Part shown: one piece after another, positions 55,392-63,955 of the stretch | How positions within the stretch are numbered: the first letter of the stretch is position 1 | Layout: each line of letters begins with the position of its first letter | DNA from: a virus | IMG/VR virus record: IMGVR_UViG_3300048573_000442 | Length of the DNA: 64,000 nucleotides | Reading direction: 5' to 3' (one strand) | Program-made: the position numbers and the translations under genes | The notes under the pieces: model-generated | The model's input: the letters and a program-made list of their open reading frames with translations, nothing else | What the model was told of the DNA's origin: nothing | Database searches by the model: none

Positions 55392-55430
55392 AATATGGCG
55401 GTCAACTATTTATGGTTTAACCGCCACATT
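55392..55430 (-). promoter_or_regulatory. Late promoter CATAAATA (55407-55414) in the loop of a 14-bp hairpin
   Basis: Minus-strand AAUGUGGCGGUUAA pairs with UUGACCGCCAUAUU; both non-Watson-Crick positions are G-U. Confidence 0.8.
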
Positions 55431-55443
55431 GCGAAGTAAACAA

Positions 55444-56784
55444 TCAAGCATTCATCAAACCAAGGATCCCCTTAGTCTCCGACCCATCGGAGACTTTTGT
55501 CGTTTCAAATAAAGGATTGGCTCCATTCATTTTTCGCAATGGCTGCTTAAATGCCAACTGTTTTTCCGAAGATTTTAATGACGAAATGTTTAGGGAGATT
55601 GGGTCCCATGCAAGTAGCTTTGTTACGCCTGCGCCTGCAGAGTTCCGATTCTTAATACCGGTAAATGCAATTTCCCCGGCAGCCCTCATGAGATCATCCT
55701 GCTTAATACCGATAGTATTGTCAGAGGTGTTAATCTTACTGATGCCGCCCTGAATATGTGCTTGTGTCTGCTTCTCAGCATCAATAGCACTTCGACCAAG
55801 CTGAGAAGAGGAAATTATAATAGCGTTATAGTCAAAACCGAGGCTTCGTAATTCAGTTGCAACATATTTGTCTTTAATAAACATGTTATCATGCGACACA
55901 TTTAAACTTGTGCCTAGAATATCCAAATAGTCTACGACGATAAAGTCTATTGTTACTCCAGTTGTTTGAACCAATTGCTGTAGATAAGAACGAATCGTAT
56001 TCGCATTAGTTCGATCTTCTGGCATGCGTTTGATAAAGAATTGCCCCATTTTCTTTGAAGCATTCTGAATAGAAGCAGCGACTTTATGAATTTCTTTTAG
56101 CAGTGCATCTTGGCCAACCATGCTAATCATCGAATCCAGCCGCTTTGAAACGGAACCTTCTGACATTTCAAGAGAGATATAAACCCCGTTTAAACCTTGA
56201 GCTAGAAGGTTCTTTGATAGGTTTAACTTTGTCATTGATTTGCCACCTCCAGAGTTTGCAGCAAATAAGATGAGCTCTTGTCTACCAAGACCACCGCCAA
56301 TTAAGTCATCAAGCTCTTTCCAACCGGTTGAAATCTTTGACTGTGTGACTAAAGTTTCCTGAAGTCGTGCTTCAGGGTCGTCAAAATAATCCATGCCCAA
56401 ATCTTTTACAAGCCCGACTGCAACTGCCTCTTTCAGCGTCTCAAGCACTTTACCAAATTCGCCCTTCTGAATGAGTTCAGGACTTTTCAAGACTGCTTCG
56501 GTCATTGCACGATTTCGGCAAAATTCTTCGATTTCATCTGCTAAAAATTTAGCTTCAGCTTTAGAAACTTCGCCGATTTCTGGTAAAACTATGCCAGTTT
56601 CTGCACGCAGAACTTCTTGACGTGGAACGTCTTTATATTTTACAAAATACTCTTTTACAAAATCTACTGACTTCTTTAAAGTCGGGTCAAAATACGATGG
56701 TTTGACAATGCCATTACATACAGCAAGCAGATCTTTGCTATTAACTAGGGCAGATACGAGTAAGCGTTGTTTTTCAAGTTCCAC
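55444..56784 (-). CDS. gp41: Replicative DnaB-family helicase (T4 gp41-like)
   Basis: ISTGWKELD..IGGG, Walker A AANSGGGKS, YISLEMSE, VVDYLDI, SSSQLGR, GGISK, KNRN. Confidence 0.95.
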   Translation of the reverse strand: MELEKQRLLVSALVNSKDLLAVCNGIVKPSYFDPTLKKSVDFVKEYFVKYKDVPRQEVLRAETGIVLPEIGEVSKAEAKFLADEIEEFCRNRAMTEAVLKSPELIQKGEFGKVLETLKEAVAVGLVKDLGMDYFDDPEARLQETLVTQSKISTGWKELDDLIGGGLGRQELILFAANSGGGKSMTKLNLSKNLLAQGLNGVYISLEMSEGSVSKRLDSMISMVGQDALLKEIHKVAASIQNASKKMGQFFIKRMPEDRTNANTIRSYLQQLVQTTGVTIDFIVVDYLDILGTSLNVSHDNMFIKDKYVATELRSLGFDYNAIIISSSQLGRSAIDAEKQTQAHIQGGISKINTSDNTIGIKQDDLMRAAGEIAFTGIKNRNSAGAGVTKLLAWDPISLNISSLKSSEKQLAFKQPLRKMNGANPLFETTKVSDGSETKGILGLMNA

Positions 56785-57004
56785 TATTTAGCTCCATTTT
56801 CTGTAATTTACTATGCGCGGTTTCTAGGATGTTTATGATTAAGTCAGATGCTCCATCGGTCGCTTTGCAAAGATCTAATACGTCAAGTACATCAGATGCG
56901 CTCAGGCTGCTCGTATCCCACTTCTCAACATATGGTTTAAGACATGGATATAGTTCATCACTGGGCGCTGCCAGCAGAAGCTGTTTAATATATTCTATTT
57001 GCAT
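56774..57004 (-). CDS. Small hypothetical protein
   Basis: 76-aa ORF overlapping both primase and helicase ends. Confidence 0.65.
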   Translation of the reverse strand: MQIEYIKQLLLAAPSDELYPCLKPYVEKWDTSSLSASDVLDVLDLCKATDGASDLIINILETAHSKLQKMELNSGT

Positions 57005-57966
57005 TTAAGTTTTATTTGAAGATAGGCATCATCACCCGAAGTTATGTTTTTCATGAGCTCGTTTATGGTCCAAATCGAACCAAAACGTTCAGCCGATTTG
57101 TTTATATCTGCTGCGCCATTAGGAACGAACACTATTTCCCATCCATTTGATAAAGCATCCATTCCCAATTTTGCGCCGTTTTGGTCTTTATCAATTACAA
57201 AAACCAATCTCCTGCGGCTAGCAGCCAAAAGCTGCTTCTTTGCAGCAGTTAATTTGCTTCCGAGTATAGCAACGCCTTTACAAATGAAGGCGTCAAAAAC
57301 GCCCTCGCATACAAACAGCGGACCGTCAGAGTGATGATTTAGGCGATCCATGTTAAATATGGCCGCTTCTTTTGATGCTGGGCAATTCTCATATCTACGC
57401 TTTGCTAATGGGTCGATAGATCGCGCCTGCCAATAGATTATATTACCGTTCCTATAGTAGGGGATAATAATGCGGTTCAACATTTTTTCCTCTAAGCTAA
57501 AATAGAATGGGTAGCTATCTATTGGTATTCTTCTGCTTATAAGATATTGAACCAACTTGACTTGGTAGTCGATAAACTCAGAATGCCCGAGCCGCATTGA
57601 GCCCTTTGGCAAGTTTACGGTAGGCGTGTCCGTATTGACTTGTGTTACGCTTGCTAATGAAATATTTTTCTCAACTGGTCTAAAAAACCCAGCGTTTGAA
57701 ACTTCTGATAGTTCGTCTTTAGTTGCCCCGAATGCGAGTAAAATTTCTCGCATTTTTTTAGATAGCGGCTGACCGTCAACAAATCTAGCGGTAGTTGAAC
57801 AGTTGAAACAATTATAGGCTCCTCCGTCAGAACTGAATTTAAATCCGGCTCGGTCCTTATAATCATTACACAGAGGGCATTTGCCAGTTAGCCAGCCGGT
57901 AGAACCTAGCTTAAAATGAACGTGGCGCTGAATTAGTTGCTCGACTGTTGGGATGTTAGCTATCAT
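56995..57966 (-). CDS. gp61: DNA primase (T4 gp61-like)
   Basis: Zn-binding CPLC...YNCFNC, RIIIPYY..G.IIYWQAR, TOPRIM VCEGVFDA, D.D..G, DIN. Confidence 0.95.
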   Translation of the reverse strand: MIANIPTVEQLIQRHVHFKLGSTGWLTGKCPLCNDYKDRAGFKFSSDGGAYNCFNCSTTARFVDGQPLSKKMREILLAFGATKDELSEVSNAGFFRPVEKNISLASVTQVNTDTPTVNLPKGSMRLGHSEFIDYQVKLVQYLISRRIPIDSYPFYFSLEEKMLNRIIIPYYRNGNIIYWQARSIDPLAKRRYENCPASKEAAIFNMDRLNHHSDGPLFVCEGVFDAFICKGVAILGSKLTAAKKQLLAASRRRLVFVIDKDQNGAKLGMDALSNGWEIVFVPNGAADINKSAERFGSIWTINELMKNITSGDDAYLQIKLKCK

Positions 57967-58529
57967 TTATGTATTTTTCGAATACCGAACATAACTTTAG
58001 AAGGATAGTAGTGCGTACGCTCATTCAAATGTTTAGCACCACCAGGACCCTGATTATAAGCTAAAGCGAGTTGCCTCGGAGTCTTAAATCCGTAGGTTTT
58101 CATCAACAACAAGTATTTACTCGCTACTGCTAGATTAAAAATATCATCTTCTATGAGGCGCTTTTTAATTTGCGCATCCGTTTTCAAGTTTGGTCCAAAC
58201 CTTATTTTCATGCTAGGGAACCTGTCTAGAACATCTCGCGCTGCGCTAACTTTTATCTGTCCTACGCCATAGTAACTCGTCGGTTTTAACCCGTTACGAT
58301 TTTCGCCTGCATTTGATTCTTGGAGAATTATGCCCTGAAGAAGATAGGGGAAATCGTGACCATCCCTTTTGGCGATATCGAACGCCATATGTAATAAATT
58401 TTTCTGCTTAACAGATAATTCTGAAGATAGCTTTAAAGATGGCAGATCAACTGGGACATCGAGCGACATCGTCACTGGCGAAACTGCGAATAAGCATAAT
58501 GCCAAAAGCAAATGGACTATTTGTTTCAT
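57963..58529 (-). CDS. Secreted/periplasmic lytic transglycosylase (SLT)
   Basis: N-terminal signal peptide; GIILQES..G, YGVGQI, FNLAVASKYL, LAYNQG. Confidence 0.85.
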   Translation of the reverse strand: MKQIVHLLLALCLFAVSPVTMSLDVPVDLPSLKLSSELSVKQKNLLHMAFDIAKRDGHDFPYLLQGIILQESNAGENRNGLKPTSYYGVGQIKVSAARDVLDRFPSMKIRFGPNLKTDAQIKKRLIEDDIFNLAVASKYLLLMKTYGFKTPRQLALAYNQGPGGAKHLNERTHYYPSKVMFGIRKIHK

Positions 58530-58568
58530 AATTTTTGAAAAAAGATAAGCTGCTAAGCAGCGGGGCAG

Positions 58569-58576
58569 TATTTATC
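58569..58576 (-). promoter_or_regulatory. T4-type late promoter (GATAAATA)
   Basis: Recurrent motif 40 nt upstream of the SLT gene. Confidence 0.65.
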
Positions 58577-58608
58577 CTAAGCTAGTAGAATGTCTGCGCG
58601 CGTCATTT

Positions 58609-58617
58609 ATTGTACCA
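58609..58617 (-). promoter_or_regulatory. Extended -10 promoter (TGGTACAAT)
   Basis: Identical 9-mer to 4852-4860, also just downstream of a hairpin. Confidence 0.55.
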
Positions 58618-58641
58618 TGATTTTGAGCCGGATATGATTAA

Positions 58642-58658
58642 GGCCTACATTGTAGGCC
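58642..58658 (-). terminator. Hairpin/terminator after rIIB
   Basis: GGCCTAC-ATT-GTAGGCC; weak U-tract. Confidence 0.5.
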
Positions 58659-58666
58659 CTAATATT

Positions 58667-59611
58667 TTACAAGCTGTTAATTTGATCTAGAATTTCTAGA
58701 GTGCTATATTTGGCACGTAAAATCCCAATAACTGCTTTCTTGTTCCGGAGTCGACGACTGCTATTGGATGCAATCAAGTTATCAATTGCGCCAAGTCGTT
58801 CAGCAACCTGATAGAGTCGATATTCGCCTAGAGTCTCAAGACCATCGGATGAAAGGTTTACGATTTCCTCTGGGTCAACAACAGAAGATGAAGTAAGAAT
58901 GTCACTTTTCTGAGCAGATTCAACATCAACTTCGCCAACCACAACATACTCAGAACAGCGACCCTTTGCTCGATTGTAGTCGTTCGGGATACTGACCACA
59001 TTCTTGGGATTGATCTTTAGGATCATTACTCGCCGACCGCTGAAGTTTGACAGGTAGGTATAGGAACAGAAATGCAGACCATTGCTACACTCATTGCGTC
59101 GATCTGCATCAACGAAGACCCGATCCATCTTTGGATTCTCGCCCACCTTATTCGAGATGGTCCCACTATGAACATCCATGTAATCCAAACGAACTTTCTT
59201 ATATGCTAGGAAATCGCCATCAGGAGTGATAGGCAAATCATTCTGATCCAGGAATTCAAACAGCTCTTGGCGTGATTCTGCACTGGGGTTGAGCATGACA
59301 TTTTCCAAAAAATTTGTCATTGGAGTGATGTCAAAGCCTTCTTCAAACATACTCAGAATTCGCTTAGAGATACCATCACCCATGACGGTATTTTTATACC
59401 AGACATCGTTGTCAATGATTTTGATATTCGATCCATTGGTATATGAAACAATAACTTCTTTGGGGCTTACAAGTCCGGGGATCAAATCCCATTCCTTGTT
59501 TTTGATTGCCTCGCGAAGTTGAGCATACCCCAGTTGACCTTCAGCCAGGGTATATGGTTGGTTTTTGACGACAATGGTGATGCGATTGCCTTGAATTTGA
59601 TATGGATACAT
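58667..59611 (-). CDS. rIIB: rIIB protein
   Basis: ELFEFL..LPITPDGDFLAYKKV..DY.D.HSG, ECSNGLHFCS..Y, KINP..VVSIP.DY..KGR. Confidence 0.95.
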   Translation of the reverse strand: MYPYQIQGNRITIVVKNQPYTLAEGQLGYAQLREAIKNKEWDLIPGLVSPKEVIVSYTNGSNIKIIDNDVWYKNTVMGDGISKRILSMFEEGFDITPMTNFLENVMLNPSAESRQELFEFLDQNDLPITPDGDFLAYKKVRLDYMDVHSGTISNKVGENPKMDRVFVDADRRNECSNGLHFCSYTYLSNFSGRRVMILKINPKNVVSIPNDYNRAKGRCSEYVVVGEVDVESAQKSDILTSSSVVDPEEIVNLSSDGLETLGEYRLYQVAERLGAIDNLIASNSSRRLRNKKAVIGILRAKYSTLEILDQINSL

Positions 59612-59626
59612 GATAAAACTTTCGGT

Positions 59627-61840
59627 TTAGTAGGACAGAGAAACTAAATTGTACACGGATTTTACAACATTGAAAAATTCTTTTGTGTCGCGATGCTTTA
59701 TGCATGTTGCATAAGAGTCCAACCTATTTAACATTTTGTCGACTTCAACAAACCGATCGATCCGTTTGGTATCGATATTACAAAGACTTTCAGCCTTCTC
59801 TTTTGTCATTGGGAAATATTTCGCTGCTGCAACCATTAAACGGGCGCTAACGGAAAATTCGCTATTAGAAATGCCACTAGTATTTTTGTTAAGAAGATGG
59901 ATTTCGTTGCTCAACTTAGTGACAATAGCAATAGCGGGTTCATCCCCGATAACATCAGAAGTAACTTGTTTTTCAACAGACTCAATTACTTCCCTAAATT
60001 GGCTGTGTTTGACATTATTATATTGCTGGTTAATAGATTTAATTTTATCAACAATAAAGATATTGCGGTTAGTGGAACTCTGCATCCAGAAATCAAGTTT
60101 CTTAGCAAAGTGTTCCTCAAAATTTAGCGCATTGCTTAGATCGACAGTTGTTGGCATGTAAACGCCAACAATTTGGAACTTGAAACCGGTCTGGCCAGCA
60201 AAGTAGACTAATTGTCCCATTTCATCGAAATACATTTTATCAAGTTTCGGCTTCTTATTTGACAGCTCAACATAAAACACAGGAACGGTGTAATCAACCA
60301 AGTGCTCTTTTTTCTTTGCAGCACCAAATGAAATTGACGCATTGCTCTTATCGATTTTGACATTAGCCTGATAGATGCTGTGGTATTTGCGATCCTTGAG
60401 TTTAACCGTCAAGATCTCACTTGCCAGGATACACTTGAACCCGAGTCGCTCAATGATTTCCTTGGCGGTTTTTGCATCCTTAATAGTGCGACCACCTGGG
60501 GCAAGCTGCTTTAGAGACTCGAATACAAGTACTGGCTTTGCATTAGGATATACAGTCAGAATATCTTTAGCACCAATGCCAGTGACATCTTGGATCACAA
60601 AAATGCTAGTCTTTCCATTTGGCACAATATTGTTCTGCCCCTTTGGCAAGTTTGCGAAATCGAATGTATAGAAGTTCTTTGTTTCGTTTTGGAATATATA
60701 ACTCTTCATCAAATCTCGAAATGAAAATTTCTTTTCAAGGATTGCATCGATTTCTGAATTTTGCTGAAACATGCGCTGATCGACACCAGTTTCCGATGCA
60801 GTCTTTGCTCGCAGAGTGATGAATTCCTGAGCCTTCTGAACCGCTTCAGAAAAGGTAAGTTCATCAAAATCAGATTCTTTGAGTTCTGGAAGAATGTCAA
60901 TGAATTCCTGCCTTGCAGACAAGAATGCCGAAGAAATAGCATTGAGCGTCTTCTTAGTGTACTGAAGCTCTTCTCGCGAAGGAGTAAAATCGACTGCGCC
61001 CATTTTAACCAACGCCGCGACCGTTACATTCACCTGGCCGGAAATTCGAATGCAAGCCAGGAAAGAAGAAATACTTGGAACCTTTTTTACCTCTGGGTTG
61101 TTGATATCAATTGGATATTCGACTCCTCCCATAACAATAGAAGCCAGGGTAGAACCGTTGTATGTAGACGACTGGCTTTTGGTAAGCACCAAAGAAGCAA
61201 GCTTTGTCTGCTCAGGTAACACCACCGAACGACCAATGAACTTAGGTTTTACTGTATCAAACCAGCAGTATACTTGTTTGGCAGCAACTTCAAATTTGCT
61301 CTGATCAATACCGGGGACATTGAATCGAACTTCAATACCGTTTGGTTCATCCGTTGCCATAGCAAACATCTTGGCAATTGATGGCTCACTGTTGTCATTG
61401 ATGAAAACGGAGTAGATAGTCTTGGTACCATTGAACCAAGAAGTAACCATGAAGCTTTGGGTATATGCAAATGGACTCTTTGAACCAAGCCCCAAGCAAC
61501 CTACCGCATCATTGTTGGTTTCTTTTGTTGACTTGAAATAGCGAGTATAGACAGTTTTAATGTCTTTATCGCTCAAGCCAGTACCATAGTCTCGAATCCA
61601 GAATTCTGGTTCCATGCTAGTTGGCAGATGAACATCAAATGGAATGCTCTCATTCCCTACATCAACATGGGCATCACGGGCATTACATGAAAGCTCACGA
61701 ATGATGCTGCGAACCTTGTCTTTGTACAGACTAGAGGAAAGAACAACGAAAGCCTTGGCTGATTGTTCAATCGAGAATGTCGTGGTCTCCATCTGATGAG
61801 ACATCTCGACAAGGTGCTGGGGTTTATTATCAATGATCAT
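59627..61840 (-). CDS. rIIA: rIIA protein (GHKL/HATPase_c N-terminus)
   Basis: LSSSLYKDKVRSIIRELSCNARDAH, IRDYGTGLS, STK..N..VG.LGLGSKSPFAYT; upstream of rIIB. Confidence 0.95.
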   Translation of the reverse strand: MIIDNKPQHLVEMSHQMETTTFSIEQSAKAFVVLSSSLYKDKVRSIIRELSCNARDAHVDVGNESIPFDVHLPTSMEPEFWIRDYGTGLSDKDIKTVYTRYFKSTKETNNDAVGCLGLGSKSPFAYTQSFMVTSWFNGTKTIYSVFINDNSEPSIAKMFAMATDEPNGIEVRFNVPGIDQSKFEVAAKQVYCWFDTVKPKFIGRSVVLPEQTKLASLVLTKSQSSTYNGSTLASIVMGGVEYPIDINNPEVKKVPSISSFLACIRISGQVNVTVAALVKMGAVDFTPSREELQYTKKTLNAISSAFLSARQEFIDILPELKESDFDELTFSEAVQKAQEFITLRAKTASETGVDQRMFQQNSEIDAILEKKFSFRDLMKSYIFQNETKNFYTFDFANLPKGQNNIVPNGKTSIFVIQDVTGIGAKDILTVYPNAKPVLVFESLKQLAPGGRTIKDAKTAKEIIERLGFKCILASEILTVKLKDRKYHSIYQANVKIDKSNASISFGAAKKKEHLVDYTVPVFYVELSNKKPKLDKMYFDEMGQLVYFAGQTGFKFQIVGVYMPTTVDLSNALNFEEHFAKKLDFWMQSSTNRNIFIVDKIKSINQQYNNVKHSQFREVIESVEKQVTSDVIGDEPAIAIVTKLSNEIHLLNKNTSGISNSEFSVSARLMVAAAKYFPMTKEKAESLCNIDTKRIDRFVEVDKMLNRLDSYATCIKHRDTKEFFNVVKSVYNLVSLSY

Positions 61841-62127
61841 TTTGTAGAAGTAAAAAGTAATTTAAAACGTTTAAACAAAGTTGGCTCAAAGTAAATGGCA
61901 TCTGGTCCGCATTTTCCATGCAATTGTCGGCAAGTATAAGGATTTCGCTTTTCCTTATCCAGGCCATAACAATCTGTGTACTTTTTGCCAGTCACCAAAT
62001 CAATTTTATACGGTATATCATCCCCAAAACTTGCCTTACAAATCCTATGGTCCCAAATACCGGCATTAGTAACCCCAAGATGTTTGCAGTCTTTACAAAT
62101 TTTCACCTCAGCTGATGGTTTAGTCAT
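61837..62127 (-). CDS. Cys-rich hypothetical protein (duplicate copy A)
   Basis: CKDCKH...C...DLVTG...CR..HGKCGP.A.YFEP. Confidence 0.8.
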   Translation of the reverse strand: MTKPSAEVKICKDCKHLGVTNAGIWDHRICKASFGDDIPYKIDLVTGKKYTDCYGLDKEKRNPYTCRQLHGKCGPDAIYFEPTLFKRFKLLFTSTK

Positions 62128-62213
62128 GATTGTACTTTGGTCAAAATTTTACCTTCTGATTCAAACGAGGCAATGTCTTTATTGTTTTTCATGTATTGGA
62201 TGAGTGTTGTCAT
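62124..62213 (-). CDS. 29-aa spacer ORF between the duplicated genes
   Basis: MTTLIQYMKNNKDIASFESEGKILTKVQS*, with ATGA overlaps at both ends. Confidence 0.4.
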   Translation of the reverse strand: MTTLIQYMKNNKDIASFESEGKILTKVQS

Positions 62214-62500
62214 TTTGTAGAAGTAAAAAGTAATTTAAAACGTTTAAACAGACTAGGTTCAAAGTAAATTGCCTCGGGGCCACATTTGCCATGCAGTCGT
62301 CGGCAAGTATAAGGATTGCGCCGTTCTTTATTCAACCCGTAAAAATCGCTGTACTTTTTGCCAGTCACCAAATCAATATTATGGTATGTATCATCCCCGA
62401 AACCTGCTTCACAAATCCTATGGGCCGAAAGACCGACACCAACAACCCCAAGATGCTTGCAGTCTTTGCAGAATTTTAAATCAGAAGGTGGTTTGTTCAT
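62210..62500 (-). CDS. Cys-rich hypothetical protein (duplicate copy B)
   Basis: Paralog of 61837..62127. Confidence 0.8.
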   Translation of the reverse strand: MNKPPSDLKFCKDCKHLGVVGVGLSAHRICEAGFGDDTYHNIDLVTGKKYSDFYGLNKERRNPYTCRRLHGKCGPEAIYFEPSLFKRFKLLFTSTK

Positions 62501-62502
62501 GG

Positions 62503-62727
62503 CTAGATTGTACTTTGTTTCTTCGGAGAAATGTCAAACTTTGCCATGATACCTTCGGCGGCATCATCGAAGTCATCTTCAGAGATGCCGAGATTTGGCC
62601 CAGGGTAGTAGTCAGTACTTATGTCTTTCATATAGACCTTGAGCGCTGCGATGATAGCCTCACGTACTTCAAAGTATTCTTTTGAGATTTCGGAATATTC
62701 GCTATCTGGGTGGTGCCATTTTGCCAT
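62503..62727 (-). CDS. Hypothetical protein
   Basis: 74-aa ORF; ATGA overlap with the upstream gene. Confidence 0.7.
   Translation of the reverse strand: MAKWHHPDSEYSEISKEYFEVREAIIAALKVYMKDISTDYYPGPNLGISEDDFDDAAEGIMAKFDISPKKQSTI
62507..62537 (-). promoter_or_regulatory. Sigma70-like promoter TTGACA-N19-TACAAT, probably leaderless
   Basis: TTGACA at 62532-62537, TACAAT at 62507-62512, then 6 nt to the ATG at 62500. Confidence 0.55.
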
Positions 62728-62933
62728 CAAAATTCTACCTTCAAGACCGTGGTAAACTTAGGAAAGACTTGCTTAGTGACCTCAAAGAATTTTACATCCT
62801 GATACCGCTCGTACTCTGCCAACTCTTCGGCGGTTTCAACAATCTCATGCATTTTGCAGTCTATCATGATGTAGTATCCTTCTTTATATGGAGCAAGCTC
62901 CTTCACGGTTTGGGTCCAAGTCACAAGAAACAT
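62727..62933 (-). CDS. Hypothetical protein
   Basis: GGAG RBS supports ATG 62933 (MFLVTWTQ). Confidence 0.7.
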   Translation of the reverse strand: MFLVTWTQTVKELAPYKEGYYIMIDCKMHEIVETAEELAEYERYQDVKFFEVTKQVFPKFTTVLKVEF

Positions 62934-62956
62934 TATAAATTCTCCTATCAAAACTA

Positions 62957-63493
62957 TCAAATACCGCGATTCTTAAAAATTTGATTGATTTCTTCGAATG
63001 GCATTGGCGTAAAATTAATCTTCTCGACCGATGCGCAAAAATACTTTGGGTCTTCCTGATCCCCTGCTATGACCGAGCCATAGTGAAGATGCCCATGAAT
63101 GTTTGCTCGCCACCGAGTCAGGCTACCAGGATGGACCGGAATATGAGTCAAGACTATGTTGTCCAATCGGTGACTACCACGAACATCTTTGAAGAATTGT
63201 TTGTAGAAATCAAGGCTTTCCATATCATGGTTCCCCTTGATAAGAACCTTGGTTCCGTTCAGTCGATGCATGATTGCCGCATTCTTTTTGTCCTTGGGCA
63301 TGATCACATCACCGAGATGATAGACTTTATCTGATGGGGCAACGACTTTGTTCCAATTCTCAACCATTGCCTCATCACATTCTTCTACCGTTGCAAATGG
63401 GCGCAGTGGGGTTCCGTCATCACGCTTGAACGTCTCGGTCGCTGCCTTATGGCCCCAGTGAGTATCAGAAATAATAAAAATATTTGGCATCAT
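62957..63493 (-). CDS. Calcineurin-like metallophosphoesterase
   Basis: SDTHWGH, YHLGDV, KGNHD, THIPVHP, NIHGHLH. Confidence 0.92.
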   Translation of the reverse strand: MMPNIFIISDTHWGHKAATETFKRDDGTPLRPFATVEECDEAMVENWNKVVAPSDKVYHLGDVIMPKDKKNAAIMHRLNGTKVLIKGNHDMESLDFYKQFFKDVRGSHRLDNIVLTHIPVHPGSLTRWRANIHGHLHYGSVIAGDQEDPKYFCASVEKINFTPMPFEEINQIFKNRGI

Positions 63494-63954
63494 GGATAAT
63501 GGTGGAAATTACAGACCGAATTATACATTGCTTTTTCGATGATATCAAGGATAATTTTCTCGTTACCGCCACCCAGACCAGCACCGATCAGGTATGGAAC
63601 ATGGATTTCCAGGTTTAGGCGATTTGCAAAGTGAGCCGCAATATAGAAAACATCTTCGATTGCATCATAGTCCACGTAACGCTGACCATCATTTCCGTAG
63701 TACCGCTGGGTGATTCCACTGAAGATCCACAGAGAATCACTGATCTTCGTTTTTGCAACCAGACCCAAGGCAACCGAACCAGAAACATCAATTGAATCTT
63801 CAATGACTGCTACATAGTCATCAAAAATTTGCGGGTACTTATTCCGAAGTTGTTTGGCAACTCCGCCGCCCATGACTTTCTGAGCATTGCATCCGTGAAC
63901 AACAATCCCAGAGGAAACCTTACATATATCACTATGGTATAGATGATTGATCAC
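63490..63954 (-). CDS. Macrodomain protein (ADP-ribose-processing; Poa1/Tk.4-like)
   Basis: IVVHGCNAQ.VMGGGVAKQLRNKYP, TQRYYG, P.LIGAGLGGGN; GTG start. Confidence 0.9.
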   Translation of the reverse strand: MINHLYHSDICKVSSGIVVHGCNAQKVMGGGVAKQLRNKYPQIFDDYVAVIEDSIDVSGSVALGLVAKTKISDSLWIFSGITQRYYGNDGQRYVDYDAIEDVFYIAAHFANRLNLEIHVPYLIGAGLGGGNEKIILDIIEKAMYNSVCNFHHYP

Positions 63955-63955
63955 T

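Larger units (their letters stand above)
61837..62500. repeat. Tandem gene duplication (~290-nt copies; 41-nt identical 3' block)
   Basis: 61837-61877 is identical to 62210-62250; the remainder differs mostly at synonymous sites. Confidence 0.9.

Noticed and set aside
61837-62500. Possible diversity-generating retroelement template/variable repeat pair
   Set aside because: Mismatches between the copies involve all four bases and are mostly synonymous, not adenine-specific; no reverse transcriptase is present in the window.
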